Shown piece after piece: positions 1 to 9,834 of a stretch of DNA of 64,000 bases. Positions within the stretch are counted from its first letter, which is position 1, and each line of letters opens with the position of its first letter. The stretch is from Flavobacteriaceae bacterium UBA3356 (GTDB lineage: Bacteria; Bacteroidota; Bacteroidia; Flavobacteriales; Flavobacteriaceae). A program made the position numbers and the translations under genes. Under the pieces are notes generated by a model. The model was not told where the DNA came from, did no database searches, and was given only the letters and a program-made list of their open reading frames with translations. The DNA lies in NCBI GenBank assembly GCA_002360635.1, contig DEQW01000003.1, positions 370,552 to 434,551 of the forward strand, given 5' to 3'.

Positions 1-433
1 TAGGAATCCCCCCAGAATGCAGCAACAAATAATCGCATTGTATCTTGCGGCTAGAAAGCCACCTGGTAGCAATAGAAACACCCTGCGAATACCCCATCGC
101 TATAAAATTTGGCATGACCTCCGGTTTCTCTACTTCCCAAACGGCATCGATATACTTTAATACATTCTTTGTTTCAGCTACGGTATTTTCTTTGGTAAGC
201 CAAGAAGCGCCAACGTGTTTAAAATTGCTGCCTTGATAATATTTTGAAGGTGCTTGAGGTATGATTATGTAATTTTCTTCGGGGTTTAAATGCTTAAAAT
301 ACTTTGCAAAATAACGGCTTAAGTATCCAAGCCCATGAAAAGCAATCCAAATATTTTTTGTTTTCGGAGTAAGTGTATTTACAGTAGTATATGTATTTGT
401 TGAAGTATACGAAACCTCTTTTTCGTTGGCCAT
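1..433 (-). CDS. alpha/beta hydrolase (esterase), 3' end runs off the window
   Basis: Not in ORF track; hand translation from ATG at 433: MANEKEVSY...IAFHGLGYL...MGYSQGVSIATRW...HSGGIP, with GxSxG nucleophile elbow. Confidence 0.85.
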   Translation of the reverse strand, partial: MANEKEVSYTSTNTYTTVNTLTPKTKNIWIAFHGLGYLSRYFAKYFKHLNPEENYIIIPQAPSKYYQGSNFKHVGASWLTKENTVAETKNVLKYIDAVWEVEKPEVMPNFIAMGYSQGVSIATRWLSSRKIQCDYLLLHSGGIP

Positions 434-459
434 TTGTATTTTGTATTTTTACAAAGTAA

Positions 460-888
460 ATGAAAGCTATGAAGTATACCAAAGAAGAAACGCTGGCAGG
501 TTTAAAAAAAATGTGCCAAAACACATTAATGGAAACATTGGAAATTGAGTTTATTGATGTGACCGAAGATACCCTTATTGCCAAAATGCCTGTTACCCCA
601 AAAGTACATCAACCAGACGGCGTGCTGCACGGTGGAGCTTCTGTTGCACTGGCTGAAAGTGTTGGCAGTGCCGCAGCCTTTATTTTTATGGATGCTGAAA
701 AGGTGAGCATTCGAGGAATTGAAATCGCCGCTAACCACGTTAAAAGTGTGCGGGATGGATTTGTTTATGCTCATGCAAAAGTGTTGCATCAAGGCCGTAC
801 CACACAGCTTTGGCAGATTAAAATTGTTAATGAAGAAGACCAATTGGTTTCTTTGGTAAAATTAACTACCTTAACCCTTGAAAACTAA
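460..888 (+). CDS. PaaI/hotdog thioesterase, likely DHNA-CoA hydrolase (MenI-like)
   Basis: HQPDGVLHGGASVALAES hotdog motif; directly upstream of menF-menD. Confidence 0.85.
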   Translation: MKAMKYTKEETLAGLKKMCQNTLMETLEIEFIDVTEDTLIAKMPVTPKVHQPDGVLHGGASVALAESVGSAAAFIFMDAEKVSIRGIEIAANHVKSVRDGFVYAHAKVLHQGRTTQLWQIKIVNEEDQLVSLVKLTTLTLEN

Positions 889-894
889 CCGCTA

Positions 895-1962
895 ATGAAT
901 TTAAAAATATTGCTTCAAAAAATTACCGAGCATTATAACAACCAAAAACCTTTTGTCCTTTATTCCCACCCTGAGAGCGATACAGTAGAGGTTTTGCTTC
1001 AGAAAAATTCAAAAAAATATACTTCCGAAGCGTTCGATAAGCGTGGAATTGTCATGGCTCCTTTTAAGTCTGGAGGTGTACCTATTTGCATTCCTTTAGA
1101 AGAATCTGAATATATATCTCACGAATTTTCAAAAGAAAATATACAAACTGAAACGGTTGATCCAAGTTTTAAAATTTTGGAAAAAGAAAGCTATATGCGG
1201 CTGGTTTCAAAAGCATTGACAGCTATAAACCATAAAAACACACATAAAGTAGTTGTTTCAAGAAAGAAAGAGTTTCCAATTTCAAATACCGATTTTTCAA
1301 GCTTTATACCCCGATTATTACATTTATACCCAACCGCATTTCGTTATGTGTGGTATCACCCGGAAACTGGCTTGTGGTGCGGCGCTAGTCCTGAAGTACT
1401 TTTAGTGACCAATGGGGAGTCTTTTACCACTATGGCACTTGCTGGTACTAAAAGAATAGAGGGTAAGGAATCACCGCAATGGACTCAAAAAGAAAAGAAT
1501 GAACAACAAGTAGTGACAGACGCTATAAGTAACTGCCTTCAAAAGGTTACTTCGGTTTTACGCGTTTCAAAAACATATACCCACGAGGCAGGTTCACTCG
1601 CACATTTACGCACAGATATTACCGGGATGCTTAAAAATAAAAAAACTACGTTGGCCACTATTACAGCTGCGTTGCACCCAACACCTGCGGTATGTGGTAC
1701 GCCCTTATCGGCAGCATTCAAATTTATAAATGAAAATGAAGGTTATGATCGGGAGTATTACACCGGATTTATCGGCTCTATAGACAATGGCGATTCAAGG
1801 TCTTGTTTATATGTAAATCTTCGTTGTATGAAAATAGAAGACAACAAAGCACACTTATATGTTGGGGGTGGTGTTACTTTTGATTCAGACCCCGAAGCAG
1901 AGTGGGAAGAGACCCAAAATAAATTGCAAACAATGTTGCAAGTAGTACAACCATTACTTTAA
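895..1962 (+). CDS. menF: isochorismate synthase (chorismate-binding enzyme)
   Basis: GASPE, TMALAGT, LHPTPAVCG, REYYTGFIG, YVGGG chorismate-binding motifs; precedes menD. Confidence 0.85.
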   Translation: MNLKILLQKITEHYNNQKPFVLYSHPESDTVEVLLQKNSKKYTSEAFDKRGIVMAPFKSGGVPICIPLEESEYISHEFSKENIQTETVDPSFKILEKESYMRLVSKALTAINHKNTHKVVVSRKKEFPISNTDFSSFIPRLLHLYPTAFRYVWYHPETGLWCGASPEVLLVTNGESFTTMALAGTKRIEGKESPQWTQKEKNEQQVVTDAISNCLQKVTSVLRVSKTYTHEAGSLAHLRTDITGMLKNKKTTLATITAALHPTPAVCGTPLSAAFKFINENEGYDREYYTGFIGSIDNGDSRSCLYVNLRCMKIEDNKAHLYVGGGVTFDSDPEAEWEETQNKLQTMLQVVQPLL

Positions 1963-1980
1963 AATTGATAGTTCAGTTTG

Positions 1981-1988
1981 TACCTTTG
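1981..1988 (+). promoter_or_regulatory. Bacteroidota -7 promoter element TACCTTTG (menD)
   Basis: Exact TAnnTTTG match 5 nt before ATG 1994. Confidence 0.6.
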
Positions 1989-1993
1989 TGCCG

Positions 1994-3658
1994 ATGAACT
2001 TTTCAACTAAACTTCTCTCGCAAACTGTAACACAACTTTGTTTATCTAAAGGTATAAATCAAATTGTTATTTCGCCCGGTTCCCGTAATGCCCCTTTAAC
2101 CATTGGTTTTACAGAACACCCTAAATTCAATTGTTTTAGCATTGTAGACGAACGTTGTGCTGCCTTTTTTGCATTAGGTATTGCACAACAAACCAAAAAG
2201 CCAACTGCTTTGGTGTGTTCATCTGGTTCTGCGTTACTGAATTACTTCCCTGCGATAGCCGAAGCTTTCTATAGCGATATTCCGTTAATTGTGCTTTCGG
2301 CAGACCGTCCGTCGGAATTATTGGAAATAGGGGACGGGCAGACCATTCAGCAAGAAGATGTTTATGGAAAACATATTCTATATAACGCTAATTGTAAAGA
2401 AGGCGACGAACACCAAACCCACAACAAAACCGAAATAAACATAGCACTTAATACAGCGATTGAGTTGCAAGGACCAGTACACGTTAACATTCCTTTTTCT
2501 GAACCTTTATATGATAAGGTGGATGAATTAAAAATAGATCCACAAAATGTTCCCGCGAGAAATGTTTCTGAAGAAATTTCTGAGGACTTACATAAGTTCG
2601 TTAAAGAATGGAACAGGAGCACAAAAAAATTAGTGTTAGTTGGTGTATTGGAACCAAACAGCATAGAAGAACGATTAATTAATGCCCTGGCGAAAGATGA
2701 AAGCGTTTTGGTCATGACCGAAGCAACCTCAAACCTACATCATAATAATTTTATCCCAGCTATCGATCAACTTATTACATCTTTGGACGAAGATGATTTT
2801 AAAGCATTGCAACCAGATATCCTACTTACATTTGGTGGGATGGTAGTTTCAAAACGAATCAAAAAATTTTTAAGAAACTATAAGCCTAACGCACATTGGC
2901 ACGTTGACACAAAAAAAGCGTATGACACCTATTTTTCATTAAATCAACACATTAAAACAACTCCAAATGTTTTTTTAAAAGCTTTTTTGCCCAAAACTGT
3001 AGAAATTAAAAGTACGTATCAAAAAAAGTGGCTGGCAGTTAAAAATGAACGGATTAAATCACATAGGGAATATATATTAAGAGCACCTTATTCAGATTTA
3101 AAAGTCTATAAAACCATTTTTAAATACCTTCCAAATAACATTCAATTACAAGTGGCCAATAGCGCAGCTATTCGATATGCACAATTATTCGATATTCCGT
3201 CTTCTGTTCAGGTGTTTTGTAACCGGGGAACAAGTGGTATTGATGGCAGTGTGAGTACAGCAGTAGGAGCGGCCTACGCTTCGCATTTACCCACCGTTTT
3301 GGTTACCGGAGATTTAAGCTTTTTTTACGATAGTAATGGTCTGTGGAATAATTACATTCCGAATAATTTTAAAATCATCTTAATTAACAATAGCGGTGGT
3401 GGGATTTTCAGGATTTTACCTGGAGCAAAAAACACCGAACATTTTAATCGTTTTTTTGAAACACAACATCAACTTTCAGCAAAACAATTGGCTGAAATGT
3501 ATCAATTTGATTATACTTCGGCCAATGATGAAACTAATTTAAATGAACAGTTGAGTAATTTCTTTTCTTCTTCAGAAAAACCAAAAATTTTGGAAGTTTT
3601 TACACCCTCAGAAGTGAATGATACCGTTCTACTAGACTATTTTAAGTTTATTAAATAA
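1994..3658 (+). CDS. menD: SEPHCHC synthase
   Basis: ISPGSRNAPL, DERCAAF, SADRP, NRGTSGIDG, GDLSFFYDSN...NNSGGGIF TPP motifs; ATG 1994 preferred over GTG 1988. Confidence 0.95.
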   Translation: MNFSTKLLSQTVTQLCLSKGINQIVISPGSRNAPLTIGFTEHPKFNCFSIVDERCAAFFALGIAQQTKKPTALVCSSGSALLNYFPAIAEAFYSDIPLIVLSADRPSELLEIGDGQTIQQEDVYGKHILYNANCKEGDEHQTHNKTEINIALNTAIELQGPVHVNIPFSEPLYDKVDELKIDPQNVPARNVSEEISEDLHKFVKEWNRSTKKLVLVGVLEPNSIEERLINALAKDESVLVMTEATSNLHHNNFIPAIDQLITSLDEDDFKALQPDILLTFGGMVVSKRIKKFLRNYKPNAHWHVDTKKAYDTYFSLNQHIKTTPNVFLKAFLPKTVEIKSTYQKKWLAVKNERIKSHREYILRAPYSDLKVYKTIFKYLPNNIQLQVANSAAIRYAQLFDIPSSVQVFCNRGTSGIDGSVSTAVGAAYASHLPTVLVTGDLSFFYDSNGLWNNYIPNNFKIILINNSGGGIFRILPGAKNTEHFNRFFETQHQLSAKQLAEMYQFDYTSANDETNLNEQLSNFFSSSEKPKILEVFTPSEVNDTVLLDYFKFIK

Positions 3659-3665
3659 CTTGTTT

Positions 3666-4079
3666 TTAAGAATCCAACAAGTCTTTCCCCCAGTTATAGG
3701 CTTCAGTAAGATTTGAAAAAGAAACAAAAGGCTTATTAAAAAAAGTAGCTTCAACTTCAGTGTTTTTTAATCCAATGTTGGTTTTTGCAACAACCGCAAT
3801 ACCTTTTAGAGTAGGTACTTTTTCCAAATATTTATAATCTTGTGGGATTAATGAATACGAGTTTATCCTATTGGAAATATATACCCAAGACGAAACTTTT
3901 AAATAAGTTAATCCTTTTACCAAAATAGGAAATGCATTTTTATAGGAAAGCGTAACACCTTCCTTAGCTTCTACAATAACAATATTGCCATAAAAATAAA
4001 TGGTGCCAATTTTACTGTCCATTATATTTTTTAGCACAGCTGTCTCTGGCAAGGTGTGATGGGAAGGGGTTACTTTCAT
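3666..4079 (-). CDS. conserved hypothetical protein (STAS/SpoIIAA-like fold plausible)
   Basis: 137-aa ORF; YISNRINSYS...P.DY and F..L.EA..W pattern typical of small flavobacterial STAS/SEC14-like proteins. Confidence 0.6.
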   Translation of the reverse strand: MKVTPSHHTLPETAVLKNIMDSKIGTIYFYGNIVIVEAKEGVTLSYKNAFPILVKGLTYLKVSSWVYISNRINSYSLIPQDYKYLEKVPTLKGIAVVAKTNIGLKNTEVEATFFNKPFVSFSNLTEAYNWGKDLLDS

Positions 4080-4153
4080 ATCACGTGAAGATAGTAAATA
4101 ATCTTAAACGATTAAAAATGTTTTTTTCATATTTTAATGAATGGTTAATATAG

Positions 4154-4161
4154 TACCTTTG
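4154..4161 (+). promoter_or_regulatory. Bacteroidota -7 promoter element TACCTTTG
   Basis: Exact TAnnTTTG match 5 nt before ATG 4167. Confidence 0.6.
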
Positions 4162-4166
4162 CAGCT

Positions 4167-4997
4167 ATGATTAATATAGGACAATACCAAACTTTTACAA
4201 TTTTAAGGGAAACCGATCCAGGTTTATATCTTGGTGACGGGGAAGAGAATGAAATTTTATTACCACATAAATATAAACCCGAAACATTTGAGATAGGGGA
4301 TAAGATTCAGGTTTTTGTTTACTTGGACAATGAAGAGCGCCCCATTGCAACTACACTTGAGCCGTATGTGACACTAAATGAATTTGCTTACCTACAATGC
4401 AGTGATGTAAACAAATATGGGGCCTTTATGGATTGGGGTCTGGAGAAACAGCTGTTTGTACCGTTTAAAGAACAAGCACGCCCAATGACAGCGGGTAGTT
4501 GGTACATTGTGTATTTATATTTAGATGATAAGACCAACCGTTTAGTGGGGTCCAGTAAAACAAATCGTTTTTTAGATAACAGCAATGTTACGATTGAAAA
4601 ATATGAAAAAGTAGATATTCTGGTCACTCATTTAACCGATAAAGGAGCCAATGTTATTGTAAATGGAAAACACCACGGACTTATCTATATTGATGAAATT
4701 TTTGAAGACATCCGCTCTGGAGATCGTCTAAAGGCTTACATAAAGAAAGTACGCGAAGACAATAAGATAGATGTGGTACTGCAAGCACCTGGCTACCGAA
4801 GTATAGAACCCAATGCCAATTATATTTTAGATGAATTAAAAGCTGCTGGCGGCTTTTTACCATTGCACGACAAAAGCGACCCCGAGACTATTAAAAATGA
4901 ATTAGGACTAAGTAAAAAAAGCTTTAAAAAAGCAATAGGAAGTCTTTACAAGGATAAGCAGATTGTTATAAAAAGTGATGGGATCGAATTAGTTTGA
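4167..4997 (+). CDS. CvfB family S1 RNA-binding protein
   Basis: GAFMDWGLEKQLFVP S1 repeat; C-terminal winged helix LSKKSFKKAIGSLYK. Confidence 0.85.
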   Translation: MINIGQYQTFTILRETDPGLYLGDGEENEILLPHKYKPETFEIGDKIQVFVYLDNEERPIATTLEPYVTLNEFAYLQCSDVNKYGAFMDWGLEKQLFVPFKEQARPMTAGSWYIVYLYLDDKTNRLVGSSKTNRFLDNSNVTIEKYEKVDILVTHLTDKGANVIVNGKHHGLIYIDEIFEDIRSGDRLKAYIKKVREDNKIDVVLQAPGYRSIEPNANYILDELKAAGGFLPLHDKSDPETIKNELGLSKKSFKKAIGSLYKDKQIVIKSDGIELV

Positions 4998-5013
4998 TAG
5001 CATTTAATCAATA

Positions 5014-5580
5014 TCAATATTCCCGTACCTGAATACTTATTGTACTTTTACTGTCTTTATTTTTATAAAGGTTTATACCAGATTGCCGGTAATACGGATT
5101 GTAATAATACGGATTGCCGTAATACGGATTTCCATAGTACGGCATCGTTTGGTTTGTATAAACTGAATTATTTACACGGGAATATTCATCATCACTATAA
5201 GCTTTAAACCTATTAGGCCCTTGTAGGCCTGGTTGTACAAATTGACTATTCAGTCGAGCTGCAAACGGATTGTTTCCAGTGGGTCTCGAATCTATAAAAT
5301 TATTGTCTTTTGAAGCTGCTTCAACCATATTAACAGGTTGCCAATACTCATTGGTTGAAACCGAAACAGGTGCTAGGTTAGGAGTGAAAACCGAAATATT
5401 TCCAAAATTTTGCCTGTCGCCAAATATCTTGTATGGCACCAACTCTAAACTTTTTATTTCCGGCGATGGCGTTGCTTCAATGGAAAAATACCGAATATCA
5501 AAATCCGATTGACCAATGGCCAATAGGGGAAAGATAAATAGTAAGAATGCAAAATTTTTCATCTTCAAAAATATAATCAA
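5014..5580 (-). CDS. secreted hypothetical protein with Tyr-rich repeats
   Basis: Signal-peptide-like N-terminus; (PYYGN)-like repeats near C-terminus. Confidence 0.65.
   Translation of the reverse strand: MIIFLKMKNFAFLLFIFPLLAIGQSDFDIRYFSIEATPSPEIKSLELVPYKIFGDRQNFGNISVFTPNLAPVSVSTNEYWQPVNMVEAASKDNNFIDSRPTGNNPFAARLNSQFVQPGLQGPNRFKAYSDDEYSRVNNSVYTNQTMPYYGNPYYGNPYYYNPYYRQSGINLYKNKDSKSTISIQVREY
5083..5142 (-). repeat. 4 x 15-bp imperfect coding tandem repeat (PYYGN PYYGN PYYYN PYYRQ)
   Basis: CCGTACTATGGAAAT / CCGTATTACGGCAAT / CCGTATTATTACAAT / CCGTATTACCGGCAA on minus strand. Confidence 0.85.
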
Positions 5581-5615
5581 ATTTCAAGCCAAACCTTCCT
5601 TTTTAAGGCGAAGGT

Positions 5616-6737
5616 TTATAATGCTAATTTCTTGGAAGTTCTTTTTGGCACTGCATCTTTATGTACCATAATACTAATGGTTTTTAGTTTCATAAAAGAT
5701 TCGCTAAAGTACACATATCCACCATTTGCATTTCGACTTTCATCGGTTCCCCAGCTATTTTTCACTTTATAATATTTTGTACCATTTTGGTCCCGCAACA
5801 TTCCAGTAATATGCATCAGGTGGTCGTCTGTCGTATTATAATTTTCAAATTCAGCTTGGCGGTACTCTTGTGTAATGTTTTTTTCTGGATAGACACCTTG
5901 TAGCGCTTTTATGTTATTTTCTGAATCTTCAGGTATCACCGCAACGCCATCTTTAGAAGAAAAAGTACGTTCGCTTACATCGCAATCCAACTCAACCGTG
6001 AAACCGTTTTGAAGTGCGTTGTCAATAGTCGCCATCATTTCGTTTAACGGAACATTATAAAAACTACCATTGCTCCAATTGTCAGGAATATTCAGTATAA
6101 ATTTTGAATAAAAAGGCGCTTGTGTAAACGAAGTGATACTTACGTAGTCTTCCGGAACAAGCTGCGTCATTTTTAAAAACGATTGCGGCGTAAATTCTTT
6201 CCCTTCAAACTGAAATGTTTTCGGGTTATTGCCCAAATACACATCTAACACGCTCGAAACAGCTTTTTTCCACTTGGGGCTTAGAGCTTTTGCAGGATTG
6301 TCAATATAGGTTTCAAGCATCGACTTTAAAACAGCGACCAATTCGGCGTGGTTATGGTTTTCTTCCGTAGCAAATAAACCACTGTACGCCTCTTGTGTTA
6401 CCAAACCATAATCACGAACAGAGTTAATTACATCGTGTGCCAATCCACCTTCGCTAAACTGCGCCTTACCTTGACGCATCACAAAATTTTCAGCTTTTTT
6501 AGGATAAGTATTACGCACAGTGTACATTTCAGAAAGGTTGATTTCTTTTCCGGTCAATCTAATTATTTCAGATTCTAAAAAAGAAGATGTGGAAAAGCTC
6601 CAACAGGTTCCCGTTCGGCCTTGGCTTATAACAGGTGTAGTTTCCAGATCAATTTCCGTAGTGAACTTATAAGCTTCTTGAGCGGTTATAGTTAGTGTTG
6701 TTAAGGCAATTCCGAATAAAAAAAGTAGCGTTCGCAT
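5616..6737 (-). CDS. C1B cysteine aminopeptidase (PepC/bleomycin hydrolase family), secreted
   Basis: QGRTGTCWSF (Cys), DDHLMHI (His), KNSWG (Asn); start ATG 6737 gives signal peptide MRTLLFLFG. Confidence 0.9.
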   Translation of the reverse strand: MRTLLFLFGIALTTLTITAQEAYKFTTEIDLETTPVISQGRTGTCWSFSTSSFLESEIIRLTGKEINLSEMYTVRNTYPKKAENFVMRQGKAQFSEGGLAHDVINSVRDYGLVTQEAYSGLFATEENHNHAELVAVLKSMLETYIDNPAKALSPKWKKAVSSVLDVYLGNNPKTFQFEGKEFTPQSFLKMTQLVPEDYVSITSFTQAPFYSKFILNIPDNWSNGSFYNVPLNEMMATIDNALQNGFTVELDCDVSERTFSSKDGVAVIPEDSENNIKALQGVYPEKNITQEYRQAEFENYNTTDDHLMHITGMLRDQNGTKYYKVKNSWGTDESRNANGGYVYFSESFMKLKTISIMVHKDAVPKRTSKKLAL

Positions 6738-6882
6738 AGAATTTAAAAATTGTTTGTTTTTATTAACCAAGTTTCTGGGCTTTAGTTCCTTAAGCACCTG
6801 ATAAAATAATTTAAAATACTAATGTATAATAGAATATGCTTAATCTAACATCTATAATCTAATAGCGAAGCGTTCTAATGTC

Positions 6883-6900
6883 TTAGTCGGACACGACTAA
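6883..6900. promoter_or_regulatory. perfect 7-bp inverted repeat upstream of menB
   Basis: TTAGTCG-GACA-CGACTAA immediately before a -7-like TATCTTTA (6906-6913). Confidence 0.4.
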
Positions 6901-6930
6901 ATTAGTATCTTTACCGTAAAAATATAAAAT

Positions 6931-7770
6931 ATGAGCACACCCAACTGGAAAACAGCTAAAGAATATTCAGATATTACCTATAAAAAGTCAAATGGCGTAG
7001 CCCGAATCGCATTTAACCGTCCCGATGTTCGCAATGCGTTTCGACCTAAAACCACTTCTGAATTGCTGGATGCTTTTCACGATGCACAAGAAGATACCAC
7101 TGTTGGGGTGGTATTATTATCTGCCGAAGGGCCTTCTTCTAAAGATGGCGTCTATAGCTTTTGTAGTGGTGGTGATCAAAAAGCACGCGGGCACCAAGGT
7201 TATGTAGGTGAAGATGGGTACCATCGCTTAAATATCCTGGAAGTTCAACGGTTAATCCGTTTTATGCCTAAGGCTGTAATTTGCGTGGTTCCTGGTTGGG
7301 CTGTTGGCGGCGGTCATAGTTTGCACGTGGTTTGCGATATGACGTTAGCTAGTAAAGAACATGCTATTTTTAAGCAAACCGATGCCGATGTAACCAGTTT
7401 TGACGGAGGCTACGGAAGTGCTTATTTAGCTAAAATGGTAGGGCAGAAAAAAGCACGTGAGATATTTTTCCTCGGAAGAAATTACAGCGCCCAAGAAGCT
7501 TTTGAAATGGGTATGGTAAATGCGGTAATCCCACATGACGAATTAGAACAAACTGCTTACGAATGGGCGCAAGAAGTGTTAGGAAAGTCACCAACTTCTA
7601 TAAAAATGTTAAAATTTGCAATGAACCTAACCGATGACGGAATGGTCGGGCAACAAGTGTTTGCTGGAGAAGCTACACGTTTAGCATACATGACCGAAGA
7701 AGCAAAAGAAGGTCGAGATGCCTTTTTAGAAAAAAGAAAACCTAATTTTGATAAAAAGTGGTTGCCATAA
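6931..7770 (+). CDS. menB: 1,4-dihydroxy-2-naphthoyl-CoA synthase
   Basis: FCSGGDQK, GWAVGGGHSLHVVCD, SFDGGYGS crotonase/MenB motifs. Confidence 0.97.
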   Translation: MSTPNWKTAKEYSDITYKKSNGVARIAFNRPDVRNAFRPKTTSELLDAFHDAQEDTTVGVVLLSAEGPSSKDGVYSFCSGGDQKARGHQGYVGEDGYHRLNILEVQRLIRFMPKAVICVVPGWAVGGGHSLHVVCDMTLASKEHAIFKQTDADVTSFDGGYGSAYLAKMVGQKKAREIFFLGRNYSAQEAFEMGMVNAVIPHDELEQTAYEWAQEVLGKSPTSIKMLKFAMNLTDDGMVGQQVFAGEATRLAYMTEEAKEGRDAFLEKRKPNFDKKWLP

Positions 7771-7773
7771 AAG

Positions 7774-8745
7774 TTAGGCAACCTTCAACTCTTTTTCCTT
7801 TTTTTCTTCTTTAATTTCTACTTCAAGTTTTTCCTTAGCCATTTCTTTGCGAATTTGCTTTACGGTTAAGGTGCTACCGTCGTGGCTCCAACCTGGAGGG
7901 CCAAATGCGTACATAAATTTGTGGTACCAGTTTTTGGACTTTTTCATATCCTGCCAAATGTTTTGGTATTCGTGCATTAAAATTACGTAGAGGTTATAAG
8001 AGTTTGGTGGGGTAGAAACACCGTATTGAATATCAATATCATCATCCAGCTCTTTCCAAGTGCCAAACATTCTATCAAAAGCATTTAAAATACCGCCGTG
8101 GTTTTTATCCATATACTCAATGTTGCAAGCATGGTGTACTTGGTGCATGGTGTGGGTGTTGATGAACTTTTCAATAAAACCTAAATTTTTAATGTATTTA
8201 GTGTGCAACTGAAACTGCCACAACGCTTCAATACCTAAGCAAACCACTAACATTTCTGGAGGGAAACCGATGATGACAATCCAAACATAGAAAAACGGTT
8301 TGTACAATATGGTGAACCAACCGTTTCTAACTGCAGTTCCCAAATTAAAATTATCGGATGAGTGATGAACAATATGTGCTGCCCAAAGAAAACGAACCAT
8401 GTGGTTTTGCCTATGAAACCAATAGTAAGTAAAATCATCTAACAACATACAGATTATCCAAACATACCAAGCATATCCAAAAGATTCGTAGCCCATAATA
8501 TTGGTGCGAACTCCATCTACAACAGGATTAAAAATATCGTACGCGAAATTAAAAACGAGGATGATGGAAACCGTTTTAATCAACGCTCCTAAAATAGCAG
8601 AGCCAATACCAAGTGATAAACTAGAAAAAAAGTCCTTCCATTTATAAAGGTTTTTATCATCAAAAACTTTACTGTATGAAAGCTCTAATGCAATAAATCC
8701 TAAAAAACAAGGTACCCCATATACTAACGGGTTTGTAAAATCCAT
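7774..8745 (-). CDS. sterol desaturase / fatty acid hydroxylase family protein
   Basis: His boxes HRQNH, HIVHH, HQVHH; TM segments. Confidence 0.9.
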   Translation of the reverse strand: MDFTNPLVYGVPCFLGFIALELSYSKVFDDKNLYKWKDFFSSLSLGIGSAILGALIKTVSIILVFNFAYDIFNPVVDGVRTNIMGYESFGYAWYVWIICMLLDDFTYYWFHRQNHMVRFLWAAHIVHHSSDNFNLGTAVRNGWFTILYKPFFYVWIVIIGFPPEMLVVCLGIEALWQFQLHTKYIKNLGFIEKFINTHTMHQVHHACNIEYMDKNHGGILNAFDRMFGTWKELDDDIDIQYGVSTPPNSYNLYVILMHEYQNIWQDMKKSKNWYHKFMYAFGPPGWSHDGSTLTVKQIRKEMAKEKLEVEIKEEKKEKELKVA

Positions 8746-8885
8746 TCTCTATTAATTATCAAAATTATTAATTTTTGGGACTAAAGTTTGCAAGATAAAG
8801 CTTATAAATTCAACTCAATATCATAACCAAACTTTTTCTAATAAATTGCTATATGAATATAGAAAATCACGCTAAAAAGAGCAAG

Positions 8886-9809
8886 TTATATCTCTTTTAC
8901 TACAAAAAAACCATCATTTCCTTGCGATTGGTATAGTGGCATAAAAATATAGGCATCCCATTCACTTTTAATGGGTTTACCATTATGATGCGCTAATAAC
9001 TCTCCCTTTTTAATTTGCTGAAAATTTTTATAACCAGGTTCCATGGAAAAGGTGTCATCGTTTTCAAGTCCGTGGCGGTATTCAATTTCAAATGTTTTTT
9101 GATTTTCTTTTTGCTTCTGAAGTTTTGAAACTGATTCTGGAAATTTTGAAAGCTCTTTAAGGTCTAAACCACAAGCTTCTTGCAGTGCAATCCAAATGGT
9201 GCCTTCGTGATTTATGATTGATTCTGGGTCATCATGTTGTCCGGCCTCTAGGACAAAACCAGTTAAACCCTGTCGGCTCATATATCCGTCTGTAGTTCCA
9301 TAAACGATATCTGAAAACCCCCTAATTATGTGAGTAGGGAAGCGGTGCGCCCAACTATCGTTATCGTGTACATCTTGTACCGAAGCATACGGTAAACTAT
9401 CTGATGAAGTAGTGTGGCAATCTAAAAAATAGCGCTTTGTATACTTTGAAGCAGGGTAGTTATTCAGTACTTCAATAATACTGAACATTTCCTCTTTTTC
9501 ATTGGTGTCTGTAATATGCTTTTCAATATTCTCTTTTGTCCACGTTCGGTTTAAATCTTCATCAATAAAGCGAACCTCTTTATTAAGTGCTTTTTTATTA
9601 CCGGCAACCCCAACAATAGTCCCTTTTATTTCAGGTTTTGAAACTGAAAGTTCAGCAAAGACTTTTTCTAAAGCGATAATTCCGCTGGGTTCATTACCGT
9701 GGATTCCCGCGGTAACAAACAGCAAAGGACCTTTGTTGTTACTACTATATTTTCCTATTATCCTTGAAATTTCTTTCTTCAAAATATTTCTTTTTAGCTT
9801 CAGAAGCAA
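8886..9809 (-). CDS. succinylglutamate desuccinylase/aspartoacylase (M14-like) family protein
   Basis: GIHGNE, DLNRTW, LDCHTT Zn/catalytic motifs; start codon uncertain (TTG). Confidence 0.85.
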   Translation of the reverse strand: MLLKLKRNILKKEISRIIGKYSSNNKGPLLFVTAGIHGNEPSGIIALEKVFAELSVSKPEIKGTIVGVAGNKKALNKEVRFIDEDLNRTWTKENIEKHITDTNEKEEMFSIIEVLNNYPASKYTKRYFLDCHTTSSDSLPYASVQDVHDNDSWAHRFPTHIIRGFSDIVYGTTDGYMSRQGLTGFVLEAGQHDDPESIINHEGTIWIALQEACGLDLKELSKFPESVSKLQKQKENQKTFEIEYRHGLENDDTFSMEPGYKNFQQIKKGELLAHHNGKPIKSEWDAYIFMPLYQSQGNDGFFVVKEI

Positions 9810-9834
9810 TTATTTAATTTCATTTATTATCTAT

